Below are positions 1 to 9,301 of a stretch of DNA of 64,000 nucleotides, piece after piece. Each line of letters starts with the position of its first letter. The stretch's first letter is position 1. Where the stretch lies: assembly GCA_945860415.1 (NCBI GenBank), contig CAMAQA010000005.1:507-64506 (forward strand), written 5' to 3'. Source of the stretch: Bacteriovorax stolpii (GTDB lineage: Bacteria; Bdellovibrionota; UBA1018). The translations under genes and the position numbers were made by a program. The notes beneath the pieces are model-generated. The model was not told where the DNA came from, did no database searches, and saw nothing but the letters and a program-made list of their open reading frames with translations.

Positions 1-597
1 AATACCAAGAAAAAGCAGCATCGGCAGAGTGATGAAGATTCCGGAGGAGTAGACGCTACCTGAAAAGAAGCCCCAAAGAATCGCTCGTCGATACTGCTCT
101 CGATGCACGGCATTCCAGGTTTCCAGAATTCCGAGCGAGAACAGCGAGAGCGGAAATATGGACCACCGATAGCTGATTCCCGGAAAGACCACCGCAAGCG
201 CCATCAGGATCCATCGACGTCTTTCCGGGATGCCGGCGATCTGCGACAGTATCGTCGAGAGCCGGAGAGCGAGGAAAAGCGAAGCGATGAGCGAAATCAT
301 CCAACCCGCCCACGGCAGGGGCACTCCGGTCCAGGAGACGATTCGAACGAGTGCGGGATAAGTGAACATCCACCCTGCATTACCGCAGGCCAGGACGGCG
401 GAGGCACCTGAACACTTTTCGAGAATCGGGCCGCGCTCCGCGAGCGAGAGATAATGTCCTGAATCCCACCGATGGAAGGTCTGAGGAACCAGTGGCAGGC
501 CGTGGGCAGCTGCTACGACCAGGGCGATGAAAACGACGCCGAGCAGATACGCCAGGATTCCGCGTCCGTGCCGCTTGAGGAAACTTCCGGGTTGCAC
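1..597 (-). CDS. Membrane GT-C-fold glycosyltransferase (PIG-V/mannosyltransferase-like), partial, runs off left edge
   Basis: Not in the ORF track. Manual translation from GTG at 597 (SD-like GGTGGAG upstream) gives MQPGSFLKRHGRGILAYLLGVVFIALVVAAA...FHRWDSGHYLSLAERG...GWMFTYPALVR. The RWDSxHYLxxA motif after a TM helix is typical of GT-C mannosyltransferases. Confidence 0.6.
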   Translation of the reverse strand, partial: MQPGSFLKRHGRGILAYLLGVVFIALVVAAAHGLPLVPQTFHRWDSGHYLSLAERGPILEKCSGASAVLACGNAGWMFTYPALVRIVSWTGVPLPWAGWMISLIASLFLALRLSTILSQIAGIPERRRWILMALAVVFPGISYRWSIFPLSLFSLGILETWNAVHREQYRRAILWGFFSGSVYSSGIFITLPMLLFLGI

Positions 598-641
598 TGC
601 TCCACCTTGTCGTGCCGGTGATCCGCCGTCAATGGTCGCGG

Positions 642-1871
642 TCAGAGCTTTCCGAGATCCAGCGCCCGAAGCTTCGGCGCCCTGCGTCCCGTGATCGCCA
701 CCACGAACAGCGTCATCGCCCCGCCGAAGACCACGGCGGGAACCGTGCCCAGCAGCCGCGCTGCCACGCCCGACTCGAAAGCGCCCAACTCGTTCGAAGA
801 ACCGATGAAAATCGAATTCACGGACGCGATTCGGCCACGCATGTGATCGGGCGAGCTCAAGGTCACGATTGCCCCACGCACGATCATGCTGACGCTGTCG
901 AGGGCTCCGCTGAGCCCCAGAAGCACCAACGAAAACCAGAAGCTCGTCGACAGTCCGAAGCCGATGATGCAAAGCCCGTATCCCGCCACGCAGGCCAGCA
1001 GGATCCTGCCCGCATGCCTGCCGACCGGACGACGGATCAGCATCACTCCAGTCACCAGCGCGCCGACTGCGGGGGCGGCACGAAGCCAGCCGAGTCCCTG
1101 CGGTCCCACGCTGAGAATTTCCGAGGCGAATACCGGCAGGAGCGCCGTTGCTCCCCCGAAGAGCACGGCGAACATGTCGAGCGCCAGCGCTGACAAAAGC
1201 AGCTCATGCCGCCACACATACTTGAGGCCCGAGAGCAGGTCCTCTCGAAAGCTCACGCCTTCGCGTGGCTCGTTCACCTTTGGCTTGAAGTGCAGCATAA
1301 AAAGAATCGTCTGGGATGACGCGAGAAGAACCAGCTCGGTGCCAAACGCCAGGCGTCCCCCACCCCAGGCAAAGAGCAGTCCTCCGATTGCCGGCCCGCT
1401 GATCGCCGCCACCTGGAAGGCCGAGGTGAGCCACGCCGAAGACACCGCCAGCGCCTCGCGCGGAACGAGCTGTGGCATGAGCGAATACATCGAGGGCGCG
1501 GCAAAGCCCCGGGCGAGGCCCGTCAGAAATGCAGCCCCATAGATGCAAAGAAGCTTCGTCGCTTCGCTCAGTGCATCTCCCTGCCAGCTGACCCAGAACA
1601 GAAGAAGCGCCGACGTAAAACTCACGCGCTGGACATTGCGGTAGACCCGAAGCGGGTTGCTGCGGTCGACGAGGTATCCCGCATAGAGTGCGAGGCCGAT
1701 CGCAGGCACCGCTTCGACCAGGCCGATAAGCCCCAGGTAGAGCGGATCGCGCTTGATCTCGAAGACCATCCAACCCATCACCACGGCCTGCATCTGGACC
1801 GAGATCGAGAACAGGAATCTTGCAGCAACGAGCTTCCGGAAGCTGGGGAAGGAAAAGGCGGAACGGGGCAT
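642..1871 (-). CDS. MFS transporter (MFS_3/macrolide-efflux-like)
   Basis: 409 aa, ~12 hydrophobic segments, AGYLVDRSN loop motif. Confidence 0.9.
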   Translation of the reverse strand: MPRSAFSFPSFRKLVAARFLFSISVQMQAVVMGWMVFEIKRDPLYLGLIGLVEAVPAIGLALYAGYLVDRSNPLRVYRNVQRVSFTSALLLFWVSWQGDALSEATKLLCIYGAAFLTGLARGFAAPSMYSLMPQLVPREALAVSSAWLTSAFQVAAISGPAIGGLLFAWGGGRLAFGTELVLLASSQTILFMLHFKPKVNEPREGVSFREDLLSGLKYVWRHELLLSALALDMFAVLFGGATALLPVFASEILSVGPQGLGWLRAAPAVGALVTGVMLIRRPVGRHAGRILLACVAGYGLCIIGFGLSTSFWFSLVLLGLSGALDSVSMIVRGAIVTLSSPDHMRGRIASVNSIFIGSSNELGAFESGVAARLLGTVPAVVFGGAMTLFVVAITGRRAPKLRALDLGKL

Positions 1872-2014
1872 GGAACCGCACTACCACAACGGCAAGGGGT
1901 TATTCAGTTGAATGAACCTTGAACAGGTTCCAGGCATCGGTCTTCGTTCGGTTGGCTCACCGTATTGATCGCCGCGTGGCGCACTTCATGCTTTTCGGTA
2001 CCTTGGGGTGCTTC

Positions 2015-2779
2015 ATGATCAGAAAAAAACTTCGCTCTGTATGCCTCATTTTGCCGCTGATCGGAGGCGTTCTTGGATTCGCAGCAAGCTCAGAGGCGGC
2101 TTCGCCGAGCTTCGTCTACGCCATCAATGGTACCGCAGCCGACAAGTACGCCGTAAATACGATCTTCGTCGATTTGTTCGATGCCAGTAGCTCTCGAATC
2201 GCAAGACTCAAGAGACAGAAAAAGCAGGTGATCTGCTACTTCAGTGCGGGAAGCGCCGAAAACTGGCGGACGGATTATAACAAATTTCCGAGCTCCGCCC
2301 TCGGCAGGCCTCTCGATGGCTGGGCGGGCGAACGCTGGATCGACTACCGCAACGCAACCGTGGTCAAGATCATGAAGGACCGGATCGCACTGGCCAGGTC
2401 GAAGGGCTGTCAGGGCGTCGACCCCGACAACATCGATGGCCACCTCAATCGCACCGGATTTTCACTGCATTCGCGCCATCAGCTGGATTTCATCGAGAAA
2501 CTTTCGGCGGCAGCCCGCTCTGCCGGGCTGAAGATCGGCATGAAGAATTCGGCGGAAACTGCCTGGGATCTCGAGCGTCTCACCGACTTCGCAGTGGTCG
2601 AGGAGTGCGCAAAATACAAGGAGTGCCAAAGCTATCGAGCATTCCAGAACAACCGAAAGCCCATCTACCAGATCGAATATCGCTCCAGGAGTACCTCGCT
2701 CTGCTCGGATGCGTCTCGACGTGGCGCCAGCCTGATCTTCTCGAACCTCGATTTGACGACTTTCCAGTTCTGCCAGTAA
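2015..2779 (+). CDS. Secreted GH114 endo-alpha-1,4-polygalactosaminidase
   Basis: Motifs VICYFSAGSAENWR.D, GWAGERWID, GCQGVDPDNIDG, KN and AVVEEC; signal peptide from ATG 2015. Confidence 0.85.
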   Translation: MIRKKLRSVCLILPLIGGVLGFAASSEAASPSFVYAINGTAADKYAVNTIFVDLFDASSSRIARLKRQKKQVICYFSAGSAENWRTDYNKFPSSALGRPLDGWAGERWIDYRNATVVKIMKDRIALARSKGCQGVDPDNIDGHLNRTGFSLHSRHQLDFIEKLSAAARSAGLKIGMKNSAETAWDLERLTDFAVVEECAKYKECQSYRAFQNNRKPIYQIEYRSRSTSLCSDASRRGASLIFSNLDLTTFQFCQ

Positions 2780-2904
2780 CGCTCGACCGTACAAAGACTC
2801 GACACCCGCACAAGAGCTGTTCAAATCCGGCCCCTGTGTCATGTTTTCGATTTTCCCACCTAAAGGCCATGAAAGTGCTCGCCTTTCTCCACATCGAAAG
2901 CACT

Positions 2905-2920
2905 TGGCATCGTCCGTGCT
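2905..2920 (+). promoter_or_regulatory. Putative sigma54 -24/-12 promoter
   Basis: TGGCATCGTCCGTGCT = GG-N10-GC, 12 nt before ATG 2933. Confidence 0.5.
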
Positions 2921-2932
2921 CTACTTCAGGGC

Positions 2933-3724
2933 ATGAAGAACACGATCAAAATCGCAGTCCTGATGGTTTCACTGGCCCTTCCCCTCTCCGGCGTCCGCGC
3001 CGAGGAGCATCCGCTTCACGTCACCGCAGAGAAGGTTCGTGAAGGAACCCGAATCAAGGAAAACACCGACAGGCAGATCGGCCAGCTCCGAGCGCAGATC
3101 CGCGCGAAAAAAGAAATCATCAGCCAGCGCGAGAGTCTCATCTCGAAGCTCGACTCCGACCAGCACGCAGAAAACAAGCTGGCCTCGCGAGATCAGGGAG
3201 CGGGAGAGGAGGCACGCCGGGCTCGCCAGATCACGGGGCGTGACCGGTACGAGCGTCGGCAGGCCCAGGCCTCGGCGCTCCAGGTCGACAAGCAGAGCCT
3301 GGCCCAGCTCCAGGCCAACCTCCAGCAATTGGAAAACTACGTGAGGCAGACCGAAAAAACTCGCGCCCAGTACATGGAGCAGCTCCGCCAGCAGGCCGAA
3401 CAGTACCGCTACGCCGCCTACTGCCAGGCGGGCATGCAGCAGCAGTACAGGCCGGCCTCGACCTTCGGCGGCTTTTTCAAGAATGTGGGCAAGTCTGACG
3501 CAGAAAAGAGCGAAGCCGAGATCCAGCAGATTCTCGCGAATGCCCACTGCGTGCCCTCGCAGGCCGTCAGCCAGCGTCGCGCCCCCAAGGAGCGTACGAT
3601 CGAGCGGGTTGCACAGGCTCCAGCCCCAGCCCCAGCTCCAGTGCCGGCTGCAATTCCTGTTTCCGAGCCACGCTCATCAGACGCGAACTTCGAAGACCCG
3701 TACAGCGCCTCTGCTGCACGCTGA
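2933..3724 (+). CDS. Secreted coiled-coil hypothetical protein
   Basis: Signal peptide ending VRA; Q/E/R-rich helical body; AP-rich tail. Confidence 0.7.
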   Translation: MKNTIKIAVLMVSLALPLSGVRAEEHPLHVTAEKVREGTRIKENTDRQIGQLRAQIRAKKEIISQRESLISKLDSDQHAENKLASRDQGAGEEARRARQITGRDRYERRQAQASALQVDKQSLAQLQANLQQLENYVRQTEKTRAQYMEQLRQQAEQYRYAAYCQAGMQQQYRPASTFGGFFKNVGKSDAEKSEAEIQQILANAHCVPSQAVSQRRAPKERTIERVAQAPAPAPAPVPAAIPVSEPRSSDANFEDPYSASAAR

Positions 3725-3726
3725 GG

Positions 3727-4761
3727 TCACAAGAGCGTGCAACTCAGGACTCGATGAAGATTGCTTCCGGTGGAGTTCTGGAACGGACCAAAGTGGTTGT
3801 AGGACTTCGAGTTGAAAAATGGCGAGACGCAACGTTCGGATGGATACTTCGCTCCGGTGACCTTCCCTCCGGCATCACGAATGAGGTTTGAAGCATGCGT
3901 CCTCGCCCGTGCAGTCGTGTTTGCCTGGATGACGTACGACTGCAGGAGCTTGTTCACTCCACAATAGGCATTGAAGCGCTGCGAAACGTCTCCGAGGGCA
4001 TGAATCAGCAGGGATCCGCTGATCGGCGACGTGAACCTAAAACCTGGATGACGCGCGTTCCAGCTCCTCACGCAGGACAGGACGTTGCCGCCGGGATCCG
4101 GCGAGAACTGGTACAGGCCGATATTCAGCTTGCTCGCGGCGTTTGATTGCAAAGGATCGCGGTAGAACAGAACGCCTCCAGGTCTGGAATATCCCTTCGG
4201 GCCCACGCTCCTGGCCACCGCATCCGAAGATGGGAGGTCAGCCGTGGTGAGCGACTCGGTGTACGCGAGACAACCCATCAGCTTGCTATAAAGGTGCATG
4301 GCCCTGTCCCAGCCTTCGAGTCGAACGGAGGCAGATGGGGAAAAGAGCGCCATTTCACGCGCCTGGTTGATCTGGCGTGAGAACTCGTTGGCAAGATCCA
4401 CGGTCCGCTGCGCTGGAGAAGATCCGATCGATTCACGAAGCGAAACCTGCGAGACGGAACATTGAGGATGGCTGAGGAGCGAGACTTTTCGTGGCACACT
4501 GATGACCGAAAAGAGCCGACCGTTTCCACCGAGACTCGGCACCTGCAATCCCGCATGGTCACGAAGCGCACTCTCGATGGACATGGCGAAGCTGGTTTTT
4601 CCGCGCAGCCGGGTCAGCTCACGCGCGCCGATCTGCTGGTCGACCTGGGTAAAGGAATCAGTAAACCGCGGGAATTCGCGAGGATCGCGGGGAAGTGCAG
4701 CCGACGAGAGCTGCGGAAGGATAGCCAAAAGCATCCATAGATGTGGAAAGGCACTGCGCAT
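3727..4761 (-). CDS. Secreted protein with possible lytic transglycosylase/lysozyme-like motifs
   Basis: SD GAGGAG before ATG 4761; signal peptide; motifs LAYTES, IGLYQF and FNAYCGVNKL in SLT-like order. Confidence 0.5.
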   Translation of the reverse strand: MRSAFPHLWMLLAILPQLSSAALPRDPREFPRFTDSFTQVDQQIGARELTRLRGKTSFAMSIESALRDHAGLQVPSLGGNGRLFSVISVPRKVSLLSHPQCSVSQVSLRESIGSSPAQRTVDLANEFSRQINQAREMALFSPSASVRLEGWDRAMHLYSKLMGCLAYTESLTTADLPSSDAVARSVGPKGYSRPGGVLFYRDPLQSNAASKLNIGLYQFSPDPGGNVLSCVRSWNARHPGFRFTSPISGSLLIHALGDVSQRFNAYCGVNKLLQSYVIQANTTARARTHASNLIRDAGGKVTGAKYPSERCVSPFFNSKSYNHFGPFQNSTGSNLHRVLSCTLL

Positions 4762-4837
4762 CGGAGTTCTCCTCATGACTGCGCGCGAACCTATCATGAT
4801 TAATGCGTTGCGTCATTTATAAAATAATACCATTGTT

Positions 4838-5212
4838 TCAACCAGATAGAGCAGAACAGACCCCCTCCAGCTGCGGCCACTGAAACGGCCGGAAGATGCG
4901 CTGATCTCTCTCCGCCAACGGCAGGCGCTCGAGTTCCTCGCGCGATCCGATGACGATGAGCGGAACTCCGGAGGTGAGCGGGTCCTGCTTCAAAATCGTC
5001 ACTGCCTCGGCCGGGGTGACGTCCTCAAAAACCAGATCGAGCAGGATCGCACTCCAGCCCCCCTCACGGGCACGGTGCAGTCCTTCCTTGGCCATGGGCC
5101 AGCCCTCGACCATGGTGAATCGCGGTGAAAGCCTTTCTTCGTACCGCTCGAGCGCCTCCCAGTCGTCGACGATCAGCAGCAGCGAATGCTTCGTGTCGCC
5201 CGAGCGGGTCAC
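4838..5212 (-). CDS. Single-domain response regulator (CheY-like receiver)
   Basis: LLIVDD, ILLDL and VPLIVIGS motifs; conserved KP replaced by RP. Confidence 0.75.
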   Translation of the reverse strand: MTRSGDTKHSLLLIVDDWEALERYEERLSPRFTMVEGWPMAKEGLHRAREGGWSAILLDLVFEDVTPAEAVTILKQDPLTSGVPLIVIGSREELERLPLAERDQRIFRPFQWPQLEGVCSALSG

Positions 5213-5652
5213 GCGAACACCTTTCCGAACGAGTACTCGTGCCAGCCCGGTCGTTCATGGTCGGGATGAAACCCTTCGAAGCGATATCCCTGGCGCAGCT
5301 TGATCATGATCATCGGAAGGTTGTCGATGTAGACCGTGGTCATCACTTTCTTGAAACCGTCGCCCCGAACCTGGTCCTCGATGGCCTGCGAGAGCATCTC
5401 TCCGTATCGCTTTCCTCGATGGGCGGGATCAATGACCGTCTTCACGGTTTCCGCCAGGGTCGGAGTGCGCTCGACATAGGCGCTCGCACCCACGCGCGCT
5501 CCCTCCACGACAGCCCAGAAAAACCTCGTTCGTCCGGATGCGACGGAAGCCTCCGTGAGAGGAACCGCTGCGCGATAGTGGGCGTTGATGAATTCGACCA
5601 GCTGAAGCATTTCGCCCCGGTCCGAGAGGTTGAGCGGCTGAAGGGTCATCAT
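5209..5652 (-). CDS. GNAT N-acetyltransferase
   Basis: Acetyl-CoA motif VIDPAHRGKRYG; N...GY motif; overlaps the receiver gene by 4 nt. Confidence 0.8.
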   Translation of the reverse strand: MMTLQPLNLSDRGEMLQLVEFINAHYRAAVPLTEASVASGRTRFFWAVVEGARVGASAYVERTPTLAETVKTVIDPAHRGKRYGEMLSQAIEDQVRGDGFKKVMTTVYIDNLPMIMIKLRQGYRFEGFHPDHERPGWHEYSFGKVFA

Positions 5653-5686
5653 GCGCAAAACCTACCAGTCCGGGGCGAAGGAGGCA

Positions 5687-6511
5687 CTACTGAAGTCGCA
5701 GGCGCTGGCGACGGTCTCCGAGCTTCGACATGAACTGATTGAGGCGATAGGCCTGCATCGTGCTCATGCCGGTCTGTGAACGGAACGAGGCCGATGCGGA
5801 CTTTTGCGTCACGGACTTTGCAGCCACCGAGGCAAGGGCACGATTCATCGATTTTTCCGAAATGCCCTTCACGGCCTGCGAAGCATCGACGAATATCGCC
5901 AGGCCGCTTTGTCCTGGCTGATTCGAGCTGAAGAGCCCGGCCACTCCGGAGATTCCGTTTGATCCCTGGAATGGAAAGAAGATGTCGATGGCTCCCACGG
6001 AGGAGCTGATCTTGTCGAATTCCGGAATGACCACGGCCGCACCGACGACCGCGGTTCCTTCCGAAAAGGCAAAATAGGCCCGGCTGTTCTTCTGGATTGA
6101 AATGGAAATCGGCTTCGTTCCGTTGGCCAGAAAAACCGGCACTGCCTTGCCGTTCGGAAGCAGCGATCCATCCGCTCCTTCCAGTCCGGAAATCTCGCTC
6201 AGATTGAAGGAGAGTCCGAGTTGCGTTCCGGCAGAAAGTGCATCGCGCATCGAGATCGTTCCATAGATGGCTCCCGGATTCTTCGGATTCAGAATCGGCA
6301 GCTCGAATGCCGGAAGCAGGACATTGCCCGTGTTGAGCAGCACATCCACCTTGCCGTAGAGATCTCCGTTTTCTTCGATGGTGGAGAACTGGGCGCCGGT
6401 CACGAGTCCACCGCCGCTTCCTTTCTTGCCGCATGCTGCTCCGGTGGTGACCAGTGCTGCAAGGGTGATGGGCAGGATCAGGAACTGGGGAATCCGAGAC
6501 AAGACGTTCAT
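5687..6511 (-). CDS. Lipoprotein, hypothetical
   Basis: Strong SD (AAAGGAG) before ATG 6511; hydrophobic leader ending GAA-C. Confidence 0.7.
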   Translation of the reverse strand: MNVLSRIPQFLILPITLAALVTTGAACGKKGSGGGLVTGAQFSTIEENGDLYGKVDVLLNTGNVLLPAFELPILNPKNPGAIYGTISMRDALSAGTQLGLSFNLSEISGLEGADGSLLPNGKAVPVFLANGTKPISISIQKNSRAYFAFSEGTAVVGAAVVIPEFDKISSSVGAIDIFFPFQGSNGISGVAGLFSSNQPGQSGLAIFVDASQAVKGISEKSMNRALASVAAKSVTQKSASASFRSQTGMSTMQAYRLNQFMSKLGDRRQRLRLQ

Positions 6512-6550
6512 GAGATACTCCTTTCGAAACTGCTGAGAGGAAGCCTCAAC

Positions 6551-6578
6551 TGTACTGTTAAATAATCTTAACAGTACA
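6551..6578. promoter_or_regulatory. Perfect 11-bp inverted repeat (operator or leader hairpin)
   Basis: TGTACTGTTAA-ataatc-TTAACAGTACA in an AT-rich divergent intergenic region. Confidence 0.55.
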
Positions 6579-6632
6579 TTCACTTTTTAGCAGACGACCA
6601 AAAGAGTCAAGATTTAAATTCCCCAAAGCGGT

Positions 6633-6649
6633 CGGGACATATTATCCCG
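6633..6649. promoter_or_regulatory. Candidate upstream activator site for a sigma54 activator
   Basis: Near-palindrome CGGGACATATTATCCCG ~85-100 bp upstream of a -24/-12 box; related copy at 18022-18038. Confidence 0.4.
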
Positions 6650-6731
6650 CCCGCGCTCGGCCACGAGCCCTTTTGAGTCGCGCCGAAACCCCGGGGAATG
6701 AAAAATTCCAATTTTTTCAAATAGATATCGA

Positions 6732-6747
6732 GGGCACAACCGTTGCT
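6732..6747 (+). promoter_or_regulatory. Putative sigma54 promoter of the cco operon
   Basis: GGGCACAACCGTTGCT = GG-N10-GC with GGCAC and TTGC cores. Confidence 0.55.
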
Positions 6748-6762
6748 CCATGCATCAGGTTC

Positions 6763-9141
6763 ATGGATTTCTTGGCATGCCGTCATTGCACGTCACCCGT
6801 TCCTGCACGGGCTGGATCAGACTTCTGCTGCCACGGCTGCGAGACCGTGTTCGGACTGCTCCAGAGCACGGGTCTTTCGCGCTACTACTCCATCCTCGAG
6901 AAGACTGGCGAGAAGGCTCGGCCCATCGCGAACGCCGAAACCCCGAGCGCCGCCTACCGGTGGCTCGACCAGGTTGAGGCACGACGCGATTACGAAACGC
7001 CGCACGGACTTCGCTTTTATCTGGAAGGCGTTCACTGCGCGGCGTGCGTCTGGCTCGTCGAAAAACTTCCACAGCTCGTTCCCGGCGTGACGTCGGTGCG
7101 GCTCGACCTGGGCAGCGCAGTGGCGACGGTCACGATCAGCCCGGAAGGATCTTACGCTGCTGCAGCAGAAGGATTGCTCCGCGTTGGATATCGACCGCAC
7201 GCCATTCGCGCTCGCGAGGCGGGAGACCTGGTCCAGAAGGAAGACCGCAGGCTGCTGATGCAGCTCGGGGTTTCAGCAGCTGCGGCCGGAAACATCATGC
7301 TGCTGGCGATCTCACTTTATGCCGGCGCCGATGGCGCGTTTGCGCGACAGTTCAGTTGGATCAGCTTCGGACTCAGCATTCCCGTGATGTTCTACAGCGC
7401 CCTTCCGTTCTATCAGTCCACGTGGAAGGCGCTTCGCGCACGACAGCTTTCGATCGACGTTCCGGTCGCACTGGGTCTTCAGGTGTCGTTCTGGGTCAGT
7501 GTCGCCAACCTCTTTCGGGGCGATGACCGCATTTACTTCGACTCCGTCACCACGCTCGTTTTCCTTCTGCTCTCGAGCCGCTACTTGCTTCGCCGCGTGC
7601 AGCGAAAGGCGCTCAACGCCTCGAGCCTCGCCCACTTCCTCATGCCTGCCGAAGCACGTCGAGAGCTCGTGGATGGAAGCTTCGAAACCGTGGCACTTTC
7701 CGAACTTCGTTCGGGCGATGTCGTCGAAGTCCTTCCTGGCGATCTGCTTCCGGCCGATGGGGTAGTCCTTTCGGGAACAGGCTCGATCAACTGCGCACTC
7801 CTGACCGGCGAATCGCTGCCGGAGAAGGTCGCCCCCGGATCCGAGGCCTTCGGCGGAACGCAGAACATCAGCTCGCCGCTTCGCCTGCGCATCACGTCTT
7901 CGGGCACGGAATCGCGCGTGGGGCGGATCATCGAGTCGATGCAGGCCAGCCTCGACTCTCGGGCGCAGATCGTCACTTTTTCTGACCAGGTATCGCGCGG
8001 GTTCATCGCCATCACCCTCGTTCTCGTTCCTGTGGTGTTCATCGGGGCCCTCGAGGGCGGTTGGCATGAAGCCCTCCAGCGCGCACTTGCGCTGGCGCTC
8101 GTGACCTGCCCTTGCGCCTTCGCGCTGGCGACTCCTTTGAGTTTCGCATCAGTGCTCGCGAAGGCCGCGCGCGCCGGAATTCTGATCAAGGGCGCCGAAG
8201 TGCTCGAACGCCTCTCGCGCGTCGAGCATGCCTTCTTCGACAAGACCGGAACCCTCACCGAGGGACGCTTCCAGGTCCTCGACTGGAAACAGCACCGAGA
8301 GCCTGCCGCTCCGGCGGCGTCGCTCATCTGCGCACTGGAGTCTTTCTCGCGTCACCCGATTGCACGGGCTCTGCGGGAACATTTTTCGGTCGAAGCATCC
8401 GCGCGACCCGCAGTCGCCATGGAAAACATCGAGGAGAATGCTGGACGGGGTATTTCCGGCCTTTTCCAGGGTCGTTGCTACTTCATCGGAGCAGCCCGCA
8501 GCACAACGACCTTCGAGTCCGAGGAAAAGTCCGTCACTTCCATCTCGCTTTATGAAAATGACCTCGAAATCGGAACGGCGACTCTCGGTGACCCGATCCG
8601 CACGGAAGCCCGTGACGTCATGCATCAGCTTCGCGGACTTGGAATCACTCCCAGAATTCTTTCCGGCGACTCCGCCCAGGCCGTACGTTCCGTTGCTCGC
8701 GCGCTCGAAATTTCCGAAACTCAGGCGCTCTCACGCGCCACTCCGGAGCAGAAGCATGCCGCGCTGGAAGGAACTCCGCGCTCATTGATGATCGGGGATG
8801 GCGCCAATGACGCGATTGCCCTCGCCACTGCGTCCGTCGGAGTGGCGGTCCATGGCGGACTCGAAGCCAGCATCCGGGCTTCCGACCTCTACCTGTCGCG
8901 GCCGGGGCTCCACCAGATTCCACGCCTCGTGATCATCGGTCGCGAGACCCTCCGTACAGTGAAGCGCAATTTTGCAGTTTCTCTTGGCTACAATGCCGTC
9001 GCGGCGACTGCCGCGATCCTGGGCATGATCAGCCCGCTGCTGGCGGCAATCCTCATGCCCGTGAGCGCATTCGTCGTGATCCTCTCCGCAACCCGCGGAA
9101 CGCAGGCACTACGAAGGGCGCTCGAGGAGGCCTCACCATGA
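6763..9141 (+). CDS. ccoI: cbb3 assembly heavy-metal (Cu) P1B-type ATPase
   Basis: N-terminal CxHC...FCCxGC, HMA CAAC, TGES, CPC, DKTGTLT, HP and GDGAND motifs; cco context. Confidence 0.92.
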   Translation: MDFLACRHCTSPVPARAGSDFCCHGCETVFGLLQSTGLSRYYSILEKTGEKARPIANAETPSAAYRWLDQVEARRDYETPHGLRFYLEGVHCAACVWLVEKLPQLVPGVTSVRLDLGSAVATVTISPEGSYAAAAEGLLRVGYRPHAIRAREAGDLVQKEDRRLLMQLGVSAAAAGNIMLLAISLYAGADGAFARQFSWISFGLSIPVMFYSALPFYQSTWKALRARQLSIDVPVALGLQVSFWVSVANLFRGDDRIYFDSVTTLVFLLLSSRYLLRRVQRKALNASSLAHFLMPAEARRELVDGSFETVALSELRSGDVVEVLPGDLLPADGVVLSGTGSINCALLTGESLPEKVAPGSEAFGGTQNISSPLRLRITSSGTESRVGRIIESMQASLDSRAQIVTFSDQVSRGFIAITLVLVPVVFIGALEGGWHEALQRALALALVTCPCAFALATPLSFASVLAKAARAGILIKGAEVLERLSRVEHAFFDKTGTLTEGRFQVLDWKQHREPAAPAASLICALESFSRHPIARALREHFSVEASARPAVAMENIEENAGRGISGLFQGRCYFIGAARSTTTFESEEKSVTSISLYENDLEIGTATLGDPIRTEARDVMHQLRGLGITPRILSGDSAQAVRSVARALEISETQALSRATPEQKHAALEGTPRSLMIGDGANDAIALATASVGVAVHGGLEASIRASDLYLSRPGLHQIPRLVIIGRETLRTVKRNFAVSLGYNAVAATAAILGMISPLLAAILMPVSAFVVILSATRGTQALRRALEEASP

Positions 9142-9281
9142 ACATCATTTCACTGCTTCTGCCATTGGCGCTCCTGCTCGGAGGATCCTTCCTCGTGGGC
9201 TTCATCTGGATGGTGCGCCAGGGGCAATACGACGACCTCGAGACTCCGGCCCACCGGATCCTGCTCGAAGACGAAAACTGA
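9138..9281 (+). CDS. ccoS: cbb3 oxidase maturation protein CcoS (47 aa)
   Basis: Manual translation MNIISLLLPLALLLGGSFLVGFIWMVRQGQYDDLETPAHRILLEDEN; GQYDD motif. Confidence 0.9.
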   Translation: MNIISLLLPLALLLGGSFLVGFIWMVRQGQYDDLETPAHRILLEDEN

Positions 9282-9301
9282 ACGGAGGAGAGAGAGAGAA
9301 T

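Noticed and set aside
6551-6578. LexA SOS box
   Set aside because: CTGT..ACAG spacing is 12 nt, not the 8 nt of the enterobacterial box
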